A stretch of DNA of 64,000 nt from Octopus vulgaris. Its lineage: Eukaryota. The notes beneath the pieces were generated by a model that saw only the letters and a list, made by a program, of their open reading frames with translations, was not told the DNA's origin and searched no databases. Below are positions 49,597 to 63,619 of this stretch, piece by piece (position 1 is the stretch's first letter; the number at the start of each line of letters is the position of its first letter). The DNA lies in NCBI GenBank assembly GCA_951406725.2, contig OX597825.1, positions 42,098,001 to 42,162,000 of the forward strand, in the 5' to 3' direction. Made by a program: the position numbers and the translations under genes.

Positions 49597-50753
49597 TAAT
49601 TGTTTGTCGTAGACCCGTTAAGAAGTGGCTTGTATTTTGTAATAAAGAGATTTTCTTTACTTATTCATTGTCTCGAGGTTGTATCGTCCCTAAATTGGTA
49701 GAGGGGGAAAATCTTGAAGTTTGGTGTTTTTTTGTTGGCGCAAGTATCTATGTGTTGGCTAAAAGCTATTTTTCTGTTTTGGGGAATTTTTATCTGGGAT
49801 CTGTGCAGGGCCATTCGTTTACGCAAACCATTTTTTGTTTGGCCTATGTACTGCTCTTGACACCCGGAGCAGGTTAGTGAGTATATTAGGTTCTCCGAAG
49901 CACATGTGAAGTTGCTTTTCACTGTAAACCGTTGTCCCTGTTTGAAGGAGAACTCTGATCCCTCAATTAGATAGTCGCATATCCCGCAATTGGGTCTTCC
50001 ACATTTTTTTACTGTCGGCTTCTGTGTTGAAGAGTGAATTCGGGCTTGTGTTAGGAGACTTTTCATGGATCTAGGCTGTCTTTTGCTTTTTATGATCGTG
50101 TGTGTTTGGAGGATTGTGTTCATTCTGTGGTCTTTTTTTAGGAGGGGTATGTTGTGGAGGATGGTGTCGAAGGCTTCGTTATTGAGAGGGTTGTGTGTGG
50201 AGATGTATGGTAAGGCTTTTGGTTGTAAGTTTTTCTTTGATTTGGGATGTCTCAGTTCCTTGATGTTAAGTTGAAGGGCACGTTGAATGCACTTGTTAAT
50301 AAGTGAAGGTGGATAGTTCCTGGTGATAAGGGTATCTTTTAGTTCTTGTAGTCGTGTGTCTCTGGTGTTTGCGTAAGAGACTATAGTGCATATCCTTTTT
50401 GCTAGATTGAAGGGGATATTCATCCTGGTGTGTCTGGGGTGGCATGAATTGAATGGAAGATATTGCTTAGAGTCTGTAGGCTTATAGTATATGTCTGTTT
50501 CTATTATATTATTAGCTTTCTTAATGAGGATATCGAGGAAGGGGAGTTGTTGCTGGCTATATTCCATCGTGAATTGGATGTTTACATCCAGTCCGTTTAA
50601 AATTTCCTGGAATTCTATGAGTTTTTCTATATTTTTATGCCAAAGGATGAAACAGTCATCTAGATATCTCTTCCAGTTGTTTTCTATGTAGATGGAGAAA
50701 GGGCTGCCATATCTTTCTAGAACCTTACGATACAGACTGATCTCTAGGTATCC
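49597..50753 (-). pseudogene. PLE RT C-terminal half plus GIY-YIG endonuclease
   Basis: WKRYLDD (YLDD 50655-50666), LPFLD, YYKPTD, CGRPNCGIC, NLIYSLTC..C..QYIGQT. Open for ~360 codons, then one TGA at 49665, and the frame continues ISKENLFITKYKPLLN. Confidence 0.92.
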
Positions 50754-50908
50754 TACTACAGAAATATTCTTTTAAAAAAACTTTTCTTCTAATTTTTCTA
50801 AATTTAATTATTTAATCATTACAGTTGAAAAGGTCTCAAAATGACCGAGACCGGTACTGAAAGATTCACTATAAAATTATCTTAGCATTTTCTATTTTTG
50901 ACTTGTTT

Positions 50909-50939
<31 letters not shown>

Positions 50940-51419
50940 CTAACATATACACATAAGACTTTCTGATATAATGCCTTGCAGTGTTTCTTTTTACTCTTTA
51001 CGCATCTGAAATCAAATCCAGTATTCCAGCACAGCCAGCTGGAGAATAAAGAATTAAAATGTTAAAAGGAAGGCAAGTCTACCAGAAATGTTCTCTAAAA
51101 TGCATACACTTTTTTTAAACAACCAAGGGGTAGAGTTGTCTTTCTTCCTTAATACAGAAAGCTTTATCAATACTCTTCAGACCATGCATTCATATTCACA
51201 ATTTTGTTCATGCATTTAACAGATTACTATTACTTGGAAAATTCTAGTTAATGAATCCCAGAAGTTACACAAGGGAAAGTCAAAAATTATCTTTCACTAA
51301 AACTTTCTTTAGATTGGTCATACCGCTTTTAGTATTTGTGTGTTTCAAATGTAGTACTCTAGTGGTTATATGGCTTGACCTTGATCACTTCAGTTTTTAT
51401 TTCTTGTATTACAGAGTAC

Positions 51420-52340
51420 ACTTAGCTACTCCACTGGCAGCATGGACCAAGGAAGAACAGAGATCAGTGATCTGATTTCTCTGGTTTGACGGTGTGTCAG
51501 AGGCTGAAATTCCTCACAGGCTTTCAGTTCAAGTTGGAGACAGTGTTCTACTATGTAGAAATGTTTATGAATGGAAAGAGAAGTTTAAAAATGTCCAAAC
51601 AAGTGTAAAGCATAAAGAGGGAGCAGGATATCCATCAACCACCATCACTGGCATGAAGATTCAAGAGGCTCAAGAGATGATTCTAGCAAACTAACAAGTG
51701 ACCATTGGTCTCTAGCAAACCAACGAGTGATGAGGTAGAATGTTCTTGGCAAATTAGCCATGCTTCTGCATATGAAATCATCCATGAAAAGCTTCACTTC
51801 CATAAAGTCCATGAGAGATAGGAGCTAAGAGAGCTTACCAAAGTACATAAATGCAATTGTGTGGAGATCTGTTATTTAACCACTGGTTAAGGCAAAGCTT
51901 TTATGGAGAAAATTGTCACATGAGATGAGACCAGGGTCCATCATTTTGAACTAGAATCCAAAAGACAGATTATAGAGTGGAAACATCTGGAATTGCCAAG
52001 GAGAAAGAAATTCAAGACTCAAACTTCCGCAGAGAAAGTGATGCTAATCATCTTTTCTTCAGACACAAAAAGGCCTATACTGAAACATTACCTAGAAAAA
52101 GGGTCTAAAGACACCAGTGAAATGCTGGCCAACAAACTGAAACCAGCAATTTTGAACCAAACACTGAGTTCTATCATTAAAGCAAGTGCTATTGTTGCAT
52201 GACAATGCATACTCACCTGCAACCTACACCATTGAAACCATTGAAAAACTGGGTCTAGGGTTGCTGAAACAGTCTAGATCTCATCCTTTCCAACTATCAC
52301 CTTTTTGAACCATTCAAACATGCTCTACCACACTGTTGGT
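51420..52340 (+). mobile_element. Old mariner transposase remnant, different family
   Basis: EEQRSVI*FL, EIPHRL..VYEW.EKFK, T*DETRVHHF, KKFKTQTSAEKVML and LHDNA. Confidence 0.85.
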
Positions 52341-52570
52341 TTGCTACAAACTTAAAGCTAGATAATTGTTTATTATGAAATTTACTGAAAATTGACAAAG
52401 ATCCTATTTTATTAATTGGTTAATTTGCTTGGCATATCAAAATCAGCAGATTACTGTATGGTGTTACTCAGATACAATAGCTTAGCAGCACCAGATAATT
52501 CTGCTAATCAACCAAACTACAATCTTGTTAATCATTCCTTTGACAAGACTAAAGTAGGCAAACTGGCAAG

Positions 52571-52998
52571 TTCAATCACATTGTCTGTTTACATCTGATG
52601 TCTTGATATGAAACGCAGCAAAAATCAGTGCTGGCTATAAGTTATAGAATATCGATAGAAATAACCTTAAAATAATGTAAGAGCAGTGCTGACACAATAG
52701 AACATGCTACTGACTTCTGAAAACATTTAGTATGCCTTATAGTATATTGTGTTTGCGTAATGAAGTATCACGTGCCTACAAATCTTCAATGTTTATATAC
52801 CAGCTCCAGGGATGTGTCTAATATGTAAATTGGTATATCCAATAACTTAATGCCGTTGTATGCAGTGGCTATATAAGCAATGTGTTCAGAGGCAATAATG
52901 GGTTAGATGGGTGCTGAAGAAAGGACAACAACCTCTGAAATATAGCATATACACTCATTACCCACTTTTGTCTTCGATCACATTGTCTGTTTACATCT
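52571..52998 (+). mobile_element. Retrozyme-like ~402-bp unit with 26-bp terminal redundancy and a type I hammerhead
   Basis: ttc[a/g]atcacattgtctgtttacatct at 52571-52596 and 52973-52998. Hammerhead at 52899-52964. Confidence 0.6.
52899..52964 (+). ncRNA. Type I hammerhead ribozyme with extended stem I
   Basis: atgggtg/cactcat (plus tgggt/accca), CUGAAGA, agg/cct, GAAA, tat/ata, AUA triplet. Confidence 0.7.
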
Positions 52999-53066
52999 AA
53001 TTTCTTATGTGTGTGTGTAAGTGGGTATATATGTATATATACACATACTCACACATATATCTATTA

Positions 53067-53385
53067 ACTTTTATCGTATGTTTGTTTCAGTCATTAGGCA
53101 GTAGCCATGAAATATAGTGGTTTTATTTGAATGAATTAACCTCAGTACTTAGTTTTTGAGCTTGGTACTTATTCTATCAGTCTCTTTTGCTGAACCACTA
53201 AGTTACAGGGATATAAAGAAACCAAGCAGTGATGAGTGAGAATCACAGGCTCAGAGATACACACACACAGACCCTGCTGTATACACAACTGTCTTCTTCC
53301 ACTTACCTTCTACCAAATCCCTTATGAAGCCTCTGTTGGCTGAAGGGTATAGTGTGGTTGAACAGCAAACTTTTAACCACATATA
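53067..53385 (-). mobile_element. SINE family A, degenerate
   Basis: tgtttcagtcatt...tacttattctatc..tctcttttgc..aacc.ctaagttac matches 2629-3022. Confidence 0.7.
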
Positions 53386-53409
53386 GACACACACACACAC
53401 ATATTCTGC

Positions 53410-53665
53410 CTATATGTCAGGGCACACCTTTGAATGTAGTGTATGCCAGAAGGTTTGCAAATCCAACAGAGGCCTCAAAAGACATTTTAAGATCAACAAA
53501 GAGCAGAACTTATCTGCAGTTCTTGGTGGTCCAAATTGGAGGTACAATCTATGTGGGTGTCTTTTCAGAACATTGTCTGGTTTAAAAAGCCACATCAGTT
53601 GCTATGATGGTGTTAAGGTGTAGGTGCAGGAGATGGTCAAACTCTGCATAAGGAGACAACCACCA
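53410..53665 (+). mobile_element. Probable 3' end of an RTE-type LINE with C-terminal C2H2-like fingers
   Basis: CSVCQKVCKSNRGLKRH and LCGCLFRTLSGLKSH, then a stop, a short UTR and an (AT)n tail. No TGEKP linkers. Confidence 0.55.
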
Positions 53666-54371
53666 TATATATATGCATGTGCAAACATATATATGTTTTG
53701 TGTGTGTGTGTAGGTGCATGGATGTGTGTCTGTATGTGTGTGTGAATGTGTTATCCTTTAGTTGGAGAAATAAGGATTGGCTCAGAAAAAGCAAAAGTGG
53801 AAAAAAAATGGACAAAAATGAAAGAAAATAAAAAAGGAATATATATTATATATATATAAAATTGTAATGTGAATGACATTTTGAAAATAAAAGAATGTAA
53901 TATGTAATTTCATATATATTACATGTGTGTGAAATTGTTAAAGTAAATATTTTTATGATAAAAATTTGCACAACTTCTGAGAAAATCTTCTCACTACAGT
54001 TTGCCTACATTGAACATCTCTGACTACCATTCTGTGTTAGTTGTTTTAGTTTCCCTCTGACAACATGACCAATGTGAAACACATTGCATTTTATTATATG
54101 TAATATAGGATTAGTTAAGCATAAGAAAGCAGAATGAACATTCAAATACAAAAGACAAACAGAACTAAGTAGAAATACTGTTACAGCAAGGAAAAAGAAA
54201 TGCTGTTGGATAATTTAGAATCTTCCAACTGTTTCATTAAGCATTATAAGACAAATACAAAAGTAAAGAAAATCACCCCAACTAATTTTAATTGATTTAG
54301 AAAGTAAATCATATAGATTATAACAAATTCAGATTCAAACACTAAAGTGTTAGTCACAAAAGAAATATATG

Positions 54372-54780
54372 TAGGTGTAGGAGTGATTGTGTGGTAAGTT
54401 GCTTGCTTACCAGCCACATGGTTCAAGTTTCAGTACTACTGCATGGCACCTTGGGCAAGTGTCTTCTACTATAGCTTTGGGCCAACCAAAGCCTTGTGAG
54501 TGGATTTGGTAGGCAGAAACTGAAAAAAGCCCATCGTATATATATATAAATTTGTGTATGTGTATGTGTGTGTATGTTTATTTATCTGTACTTGTCCCCC
54601 AACATCACTTGACAACCGCTGCAGGTGTGTTTACATCTCCGTAACTTAGTGATTTGGCAAAAGAGACCAATAGAATAAGTACTAGGCTTACAAAGAATAA
54701 GTCCTAGGTTGATTTGCTCGACTAAAGGCAGTGCTCCAGCATGGCCACAGTCAAATGACTGAAACAAATAAGAGTAAAAG
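54372..54780 (+). mobile_element. tRNA-derived SINE family A, full length
   Basis: A-box-like tgattgtgtggtaag, body with internal microsatellite, tail gactgaaacaaataagagtaaaag. Confidence 0.88.
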
Positions 54781-56799
54781 AATACACACACACACACACA
54801 CACGTGCATATATAAATACATATATATATGTGTGTGTGTGTGTGTACAAAAGTCTGTAGCATATAATATATGTTGATGTTTTGCTTATTTTAATTATTTC
54901 ATTCTCTTTCCATGTGATTAAGTTTGGTTTAACATCTAAAGAATCTAGAATGAATAATTTTCTTGGTAATAATCCTGGGCTAATTTTAGAAATAGAAGGA
55001 AGTTACATTTCAACTATAGAAATAATATTTGTTTAAAATTCTGTCGATAATTTTGTTTGTATTTTTGGCTTAATTGTAAAATATTCACGTGGCTGAGGAA
55101 TGATTGTGTTGAAAAAAAGAAAGAAAGAAAAAACATTTTGCATTCATTATTTAGTCTGATATATATTATTACTATTAGTTGGTTAGAGGTTTGTTTTTTT
55201 TTAATTCTTCTCCTAATCATTGATTTTAAAACTTTAAATTATGTTAACTAGGAACTTACAAGACAAAAGATAAGAGAAAATACAAAAATGAAAAATCAAA
55301 TTAAAATGTCAGTCTTTTTGTTTCAAAATTTAAATAGAAATGATAATTTGTCATTTAAATGTGCAAATTGAATAAATAATGAATATCAATTCGTTTTATG
55401 AATCATCAAAAGTGGAAGATAACCAACTTTTAAATAAGACATTCTTTAGATAATAAAATGCAAGTACCAGCTTTATTTTGATTTTCGTGTTCTTGTTTTA
55501 AATCAGTGAAATTAGAACGATATAAAAAAAATCATTCAATGTGTCTAGTCTTTCTTCTCTCCTAGTTGATAAGTTATGAATATACAATCATACTGAAGAT
55601 AAGAACTAACATACTTCCTTCATATATTCATGAAGTAGGTGAGTATTCGCTTATTCAATACATGAAAATATCACAACACTAACTAGAAATAAATTTGTGG
55701 CGAGGTACTGTTCATATCTCAGCTTTTAGAATAAATGCCTTGTACCGATGCATGTTATAAAAGATGATTAAAAGAGTAGACATCAGAAAAGGAATACAGT
55801 CATAAAACATTGCCTATGGCAGCATGGAAAAACAAATATGAAAATGATGATGATGATGATGACAATAAAGAGTAGGAAAAGGAGGGAGAAGAGAAGCAGT
55901 AAACATTAGTCAGTAACAAATAGCAAATATTATTACTAATAATAAATGTTGTTCTATATGAATTTTTCTATCCTGGATCTGTGCTTTTGAAGAATTTAAT
56001 TTAATTTAAAATTTATGCTACTGGTATTTGTATTTTCCAGTGTGTTTGAGAAACAATTCTGCATATCTTTCAGTATTTTTCTGGGAAAACAGCAGCATCC
56101 ATAGCCTTGTCAGTAATACTGGAAGTTTTGGGAGAATCACTAAGTAAAAAAAATACTGATTCTTATTTTGTTGAAACATTAAAATAATATGGTGACAAAT
56201 TTAATTCCTTGCTGCATATATCGACAGTACTTATCTAATTTTGTGAATCAATAATTTATTAGATCAGCACAAAATAATAAGTTTATGTAAAAAGAGCTTA
56301 ATCAATCTAATTGGCTTTCAGTATATTACTGGTATATATTTTATTGATCCTGAGAGAACAGAGAATAAGTTTTATCCCACTGAAATTTGAACTCAAAACC
56401 TAAAAAGATTGAACTAAATACTAATAGGCATTTAGTGTAAGAATCTGCTTTTTTTCTTTTTGTTTTTTTTTTCCCCCAACTAACACTACTTTAGATAATC
56501 AATAAAGATGACTTTTAATCTTTATGACTTTTATTGAATAAATTGATCATAGTACATTGCTCCTACTTCATTTCAGAGGGACCATTCATGTAGTTGCTCA
56601 TCTTCCTAAAAATCTCACTCAAACTTTCTTTATCTAGCACTCCCTTTTCTTAAAAATTGAAAGGATGTATTGAATAATGTTGTCCAAGACACAGTACATC
56701 ATTAAAAAAAAATGAAAAACATGAAACATTTCTGGATGGAATATCTATCAGATTATTGATGAACTGGAGCAGGGTCCTATTTCCAAAAAAAGGGCAACA

Positions 56800-57650
56800 A
56801 AAATGCTACCTGATACTGTCAACTAACACCTTATTTAAGCCCATTTCCAGTATCTCAAAACTTATGATAACGACTATTGAAACCAATTTTTTCTAACATC
56901 TTTGTTCTTAATGAACTCTAATATGTCTTCCATAAAGCTAGATCTACCTTCTTATTTCACTAACAAATGAATTCTTGCTCTTGAGAATTTTAAACAAAAC
57001 AATATTGTTGCACTTGACATGAGCTGGCATGGGAATATCTTTGTTAAACAGCCTGCTTGTGCTCTAACCATTTTTCATTTCTTGACTTCCTGTTAGATCA
57101 CACCATCATAACCTGTGCTAAGGACGTACTGTCTAACCTACATTCTATTACATCTGGTGTAACTGAAAGTTAAATGTTGACTCCTACATGCTATCCTATA
57201 CATTAGCTACCCATTTGCCATCATCTTCAACACTTCCCACTTCTATACAGATGATCCTATTCTTCATCCCCTCAAAAACTTTTTGCACCCAAACATCAGC
57301 AAATTGCACCTACAATTTCTTCTGCTAAACCTACTCTGATTCCATGAACAGAGATTCCCAAAATCTCCTGCAACAGTACAAAGATTCTATCTATATACAA
57401 ATTGAGAAAATATTATTGTAAGTGACCACCCTATTTATACATAAATAGCAAGCAAATAGAACACTCATCATCACTGAAGATCTCTTCTAGTAAATACAAA
57501 TCCTCAATATAGCCAAACAGAATAACAAAAGAGTCCCAATGAAATACTACACACATCTGATAAGGTGTTTTTACAGCCATAAAACGTCTCCTCAACTGAT
57601 TGGTATGAAACCAATGATGCCACCCACCTCTAAACTCTGGTTACACTTTA
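56800..57650 (+). mobile_element. Degraded CR1/L2-type RT fragment
   Basis: YVFHKARST, IVALDM and YTDD (~57244). Confidence 0.55.
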
Positions 57651-57669
57651 TTCACATTTGGTTAAATTA

Positions 57670-58090
57670 CTTCAACACTTGACTAGTACTTTATTTGGTC
57701 AACTTCAGAAAAATGAAAGTGAAAGTGACCAGAGAGGATTTGAATTCAGAATATAAATATTTGGAATAAATACTGCAAGATATTGTCTCTAGTGCTCCAA
57801 TAACTGCATCAACCCACTGCCCTTAGGACAAAACTAATAATAAAATGTATTTAGTCTTGCACTCTACTATCCCTGCAGCCCTTCGTAAACAATCATAATG
57901 CCAAGGTTTCTAATGTAAGCACAAAGCCATTAATTGTGAAGGGAAGTAGAGTTGCTAAATTTGAACTTAGTATTTTACTGGTACTTATTTTATTAATCCT
58001 GAATGAATAAAGAACAAAGTTGATCTCCATAGATGAATTAAAAAACAAACAAAAACTAAAGGGACATATCTAAATACTGCATGGTATTTT
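57670..58090 (-). mobile_element. Two degenerate SINE family B copies (another at ~56320-56440)
   Basis: tggtacttatttt...gaatgaa..aaagt...gatttgaattcagaa resembles 46230-46440. Confidence 0.5.
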
Positions 58091-60215
58091 ATCTGGTTCT
58101 CCACTCTTTTCTTCCTCTTCTGGTAGCATCAGTTAATCTTCCCATCGTGGCAGCTGCTTCTCAAATCATCAATAATTGATTAGCAATTTTCTGTCCCCTG
58201 CTCTCTCTCTCACTCTCTCTCTCTCGCACACACACACACACATACACACACACTATCTCTGTCCAATATCCAAACATGCACTCTCACACCATCCTCCTTC
58301 TACCCACTCAGCTTTACCCCCTACACATAATGCTATATTTATAGCAACATTTTGTCATTTTTTAAAACTTTTAGCTTAACACACTCAATCACCTCATACA
58401 TTCTATTAAACTGATATAACATGCACTTACACATATGTTATTATATCAATGGTGGTAGACTCTCTTCTACCTTTTACTTCTCCTCTTACACACATTCTTC
58501 ACTCTCTCACACCATACCTCTCAACTCAAGCACCTAATATCTTTAGAACACAACCACATTCATTCACTGCCCAGCATATACTTCTCTGCCAGAAACCACT
58601 TACCCTCATCCACTTCTCTATTTTTTTTCTGCTATTATTTACCATGCTGTATCTGTAAAACACACACACCCTTTTGTTCTTCAGCTAATTTTATTTCCTC
58701 TAATTCACTATCAATTTATCTTTACAAATGACAAATTATGCAAAACATTGTTATCTCTTCCTTTCCTCTACAGTGTAATATACTGACTTTGTAAATGTGC
58801 AATTTTTTTCATATTTATATTTTTTGATCATATTTTGCCTTCTGGATAGAGATTTCACCCTCAGATTACATGGAGAGGGGATTTCTGGTAACCATCTTAG
58901 CCTGTCCTTATTTTTATTGATCCAATGTCAGCATCTATGCAGTTACTTGGCTCATTAATTGTAAGACACAACCCTTTTTTTTAATAAACTCCTCTCATCT
59001 TGAGATTATAGGTTTTATAATTAATAAGTGCTACATGTTCCTCAGAAATAGCAAGCAAATATCTAGTTTTATCTATTACCAAAAACTTGAAGAATGATTA
59101 TTTTTGTAGTTAAGTGGTTAATGATAGGATGGTATTGTGTTTGTAAAAATGTTGTTTTTTAAATGTTTTTTTTCTAGAGGAGAGTATATCACAATGATCT
59201 TAGGACCTCCTATACCAATGGATGAATGTTGATTTTCATGTTTAACGACTGGTTGTAGGAAAAATCTGAACAGGGAAGGAATACTGAAAAGATAACCTTC
59301 TAGAGAGGAAGAAATAGATAATATGGTTAGTCTGGGGCCTTTTTCTTTTTATTACATATTCACTGCCTTGATCCTTTACAAGGGCCTCTGAAAATGGTGG
59401 GATGGAGATGAAAACATCGTCAAAATGCAGGCCTTAACTGAATGATTGCACAGAATGGATTTCACTGAAGAAACCCAAGTTAATGATGTTAAATTAAGAG
59501 TGGTATAAAATCTACCACACATGTAACCCATAGTGGTGCTGGAGCTCAGAATGCAATCAGCCAGAACAGAAACTGCAAAGCATCTGGTCCACTGCTCTTA
59601 CAATCTTGCTACTTCATTGTTCTAGACTGTACATTGTTTATCAACCCCCAGAAAGATGAAAGGCAAATCTGGAGAGCAGCATTCAGAATAAATATTGCAT
59701 AACATTTCAATGAACACTTCAAGGACTCTACCTGGGAAGTGGGAGGTACAATATGGATAAGAAGAGAGATGAAAAACAAGTGAGTTGGGTAGATGTGGGT
59801 GCAGCTTGCATAAAACCAATCAACTCCCATGTGTAATAACAGCTGTAGTTTAAGTAAAATAAAAAGAAAGAACAAATAGCAGAGCTAGTGGTGATTTTTT
59901 TAGCAATAACTCAGCTCTGATCAAGCAGATTACATTAATTCCAGCTGTGACCAACTCACCATGTCTTCCTAAGTTATATTTAGAGCTATATTGTCCAAAC
60001 TGTCCTCTTTTTTAAGAAGTGGAGGACCTTTGACCAGTTTGAGGAAGGTCTTGCAATTGTTTTAACAGGCAGAGAAAGCCACAAAAGCACTTTCTTATTA
60101 ATACATGGTCTGCATGAGTAGGGATCGCTGGCTCAAAACAATAACAATAGCAAAATCTAGCATTCTGTTCTTTCGCTTTTCCTCATCCTTACTGCTGCTG
60201 GTGCTGCTGCTGCTG

Positions 60216-60254
<39 letters not shown>

Positions 60255-63200
60255 TTGCTACTACTACGGAGAGCAATACTATAATAGTATTTCATTATTC
60301 ACTATATGAGGGGCAAATGATAAATGTAAGTTGTATTAATCATAATTAGCCATTGTAAGTTGCATATATTAGAGTACCATCAGAGAATAGAAATTATACC
60401 TACTTGTGTCACAAAACTCACTCAAGGAGAGATGGTTACAATTTGAAAGGTACCGTAGGTGTTTTATAATTTGATTCACAAAGAGTGGCAACTCAACGAT
60501 ATGGTCTCAAACCCATCTCAGTTTTAATATTCTGGGTAAGACCACATCTACTCAGACAGATTGATGCAACAAAGTTTGAACAATCTTTGAATTGTTGGTG
60601 TACTACTGCTCCCATTGCATAGATGATCATTCAAAATTGCATCAACAAAATGTTTACTTTTCAACTGACATCGTATCACTCATTAACACACCACACTCAC
60701 TGGACTTACATATGTGTTATTTCTTATATACTTGGTTCTATCTTTGAGGGAGGCTAATTGTTGCTCCTACATCCAAGCCCATCTGATTCACTTGTTTTTC
60801 CAACTAATATTGTTGATATTTTCTGAGATATTCAGATCTGTTTTAGCTGACATTATTAATCATGATGGGCATATAGTAAAATATAAGAAATAACTGAATA
60901 TTTAGTTATAAGTATGAAAATAAGAATTTATAAGAAATATACAAAACTGCTTAAGCAATCATATGGAGGAAAATATTAGAGAAGAACATGTTTCTTTTAA
61001 ATAACATACAACCATTACATTAAAATGAATGATATATTAATGTCACCATATCATCAATGATATAGATTAGAGGAATCTGCTGAAGTGCTTAGTTTTTCTT
61101 CCTCCATCATTAGTCTACTAGTTCCTCATACTACATTTTGCACATTCTTCCTTCTTTTTTGGACTGATTAAACCATAGTTATTGTTAACTCACAGCATTG
61201 TTTTTTCTGAGTATAAGTTATAGAAATGCATGGCACTGGTCCATAAAATTAATAGATAAATTAATACCCCAGTCACTTGAATGTTTCTCTTTTTAATTCA
61301 TTAGGAATGAACTTATTTGAAAGATTCTGATGTCAAATGATATTTAACATTGTAATTATCAATCTGAGACGGAAAAGTGAAACAGGCCCTTTGGCGGAAA
61401 TATATTGTTTCTGGTTAAAATTATACATGCTTTACATATCTCATTACTTTTTCTTTCCACTGACTGACCCTAAAATAAATGTCCAAAATTACTGCTTAAC
61501 TTCTATCCCATAAATGGCAAAGTTAACATATAAACAAAATAATTCTGTTATATTGAGAAATTAAACACTGGATGTTTTAGAAAGGAGATCAAGAGAGTCA
61601 CTTTTGTTTCTTTATAGAGGATGTTTTCAATGTAAATGGAGGGAAATTAATTCAAATGGAACCAAAAGATTTAATTTTGGTTTTCCGAGTCTTCAACCTT
61701 CCAGTTTTAAGAGGGAAGAACTTAGATTAATGAAGAGTAGCCTGTTGAGTAATTTAAGTGAAGTGAAAAACCTAAAACTAAATATGAAACCAGGTGGCAG
61801 TCTCAGCTCTAAAGAAGCATACCACTACTTCAATGTGCTTCACGATTACATCACAGAACTGCCTCATTAAATGTTCTAAACACTGAAGCAATATTTTAGC
61901 TCTAAGAGGGATAGGTACCATAGAAAAAGAGGTAATCTTCCAGAAAGATAACACAACAATCTGGTTCTAATTCTCAGTGAAAGCTTTTTGATTTTGCTTA
62001 TATTGTTAATGTCTCTGAAGGAGCTTGAATAACTCATCACAATTTCTGATTTCTCTTACCTCAAAAGTGTAGAACTTTTGACCCAAATCAAAACAAACCA
62101 ATATATAACTTTCTACATGACATAGTGAGAGATATGAATCCGGTGTTTCTACTTAGTATTCATCACTGACAATAACATGAAAAGAGGAAATGGTTTATCT
62201 AGGAAGATAACTTATCATAATCTAAATCTGATTTTTGCATTAAACCATTTATATAATCAACTATAAATATTCTGCTGAATTCCTAAATCATTTGAAGAAT
62301 CCTTGCCAAAATGAAAGCTATTGTTACCTTACTATTCCTTTGTAATATATAAGAAAAGAATTTTGTCCTGCTTACATTGTTTTACCAAAGTTGTGAAGGG
62401 AATTATTTGAAATATATTACTTGGATACAAAACCTATGTTGATAAACCAGATGACTTATTTATATCACATATTGAATACGAAGAAAATGAAAATGTTATA
62501 TTATCCTTCAAATCATAAATTCCTTTAGTGTTTCTATTCTTCTTTTAATATTTTCCCTTCAATGTTGCATCTTAATCTGATGAAAACATCTATTTATTCC
62601 ATTAATTTCCAACTGTTCTCTTGTCGAAGGAGTTCAATGGTTTTCACACAACTTTCAGTATTCTCTCATCCTGTTTTCTTGTTGCTTTTACAATAGCAGC
62701 AGCAAGAATAACACCAACTGACACTACAACCACAATTATCACCATCACCATCATCATCATCATATTTTCAATGATACATTTGCTTCCATGGAATACCCCA
62801 TTTCTCTCATTATCTATTCTTATTTTTCCTTCCCTTCATTTCTCTTGTATTCTTACAATTAAACGACTGTTTCCTTTTTCTTGATCATGCTGTTGTTGTT
62901 AAGATAAACTCATTCTAACATATCTTTTCGATTCTTCATGTTGCTTGCTGTTTTATGATCTTATCTTATTCACTATTGCTGCTAAACTAGTTTTATTATA
63001 TCTTCTTATGTTTTCTTCCTTTTTTCAATTGTGTTTATTTATTATATTTTTTATTCTCAACTCTATATTCTCTGAATACCAGAATATCTTTGGCCAGATA
63101 TAATCTCATCCATCTTACATTTCAAGTTGTTTTATATTTTTCTTGTTTTTTTCCTTTCCTACTTTTCCCTTCATTTGTTTATAATACTTTTCCTGCTGGT

Positions 63201-63439
63201 CATTCTTTATTGTCAATGTAAGTCTTTGAATGTTTAGCTTTTCTCTCTGTACTCTTCTTAACAATAAAATTCATTGACTTTGCTAACCAAGTATTTGCAC
63301 TTGTTCATGCTTCCTATTGATAAGTATAGCCTTACTTACTGTTTGATATATTCAAAATCTAGAGGTTAGATTAAAATACAATTGCCAGGATTTAGTGTTT
63401 TATTTTTTACACTATACTCTTTTTTGTTATAATGATATC

Positions 63440-63532
63440 TAAAAGTATGTATGTGTATATACGTAAATATATGTATGTATGTATGTGTATATATATATAT
63501 ATATGTATATACATATATATATATATACATAC

Positions 63533-63617
<85 letters not shown>
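63440..63617. repeat. (AT)n/(ATAC)n compound microsatellite
   Basis: Seen directly. Confidence 0.97.

Positions 63618-63619
<2 letters not shown>

Larger units (their letters stand above)
48890..50915 (-). mobile_element. 5'-truncated Penelope-like element with inverted partial pLTR
   Basis: ~165-bp inverted repeats at 48890-49055 and 50752-50915 enclose the minus-strand RT-GIY-YIG region and a (GAT/GAA)n tract. Confidence 0.92.

Noticed and set aside
48890-50915. TIR DNA transposon suggested by the 165-bp inverted ends
   Set aside because: The interior is RT plus GIY-YIG. An inverted partial pLTR is typical of 5'-truncated Penelope insertions.
56000-56140. Minus-strand acceptor followed by two short open frames (DSPKTSS.../ILPKLPV...)
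   Set aside because: Both frames stop within ~40 codons and show no homology I can recognise.
60098-60295. Poly-Ser ORF
   Set aside because: (CTA)n/(CTG)n repeat.
60430-60850. Possible minus-strand gypsy integrase remnant; also an R4-like remnant at ~62900-63330 and a LINE RT remnant at ~34330-34800
   Set aside because: Similarity is too faint to support by eye.
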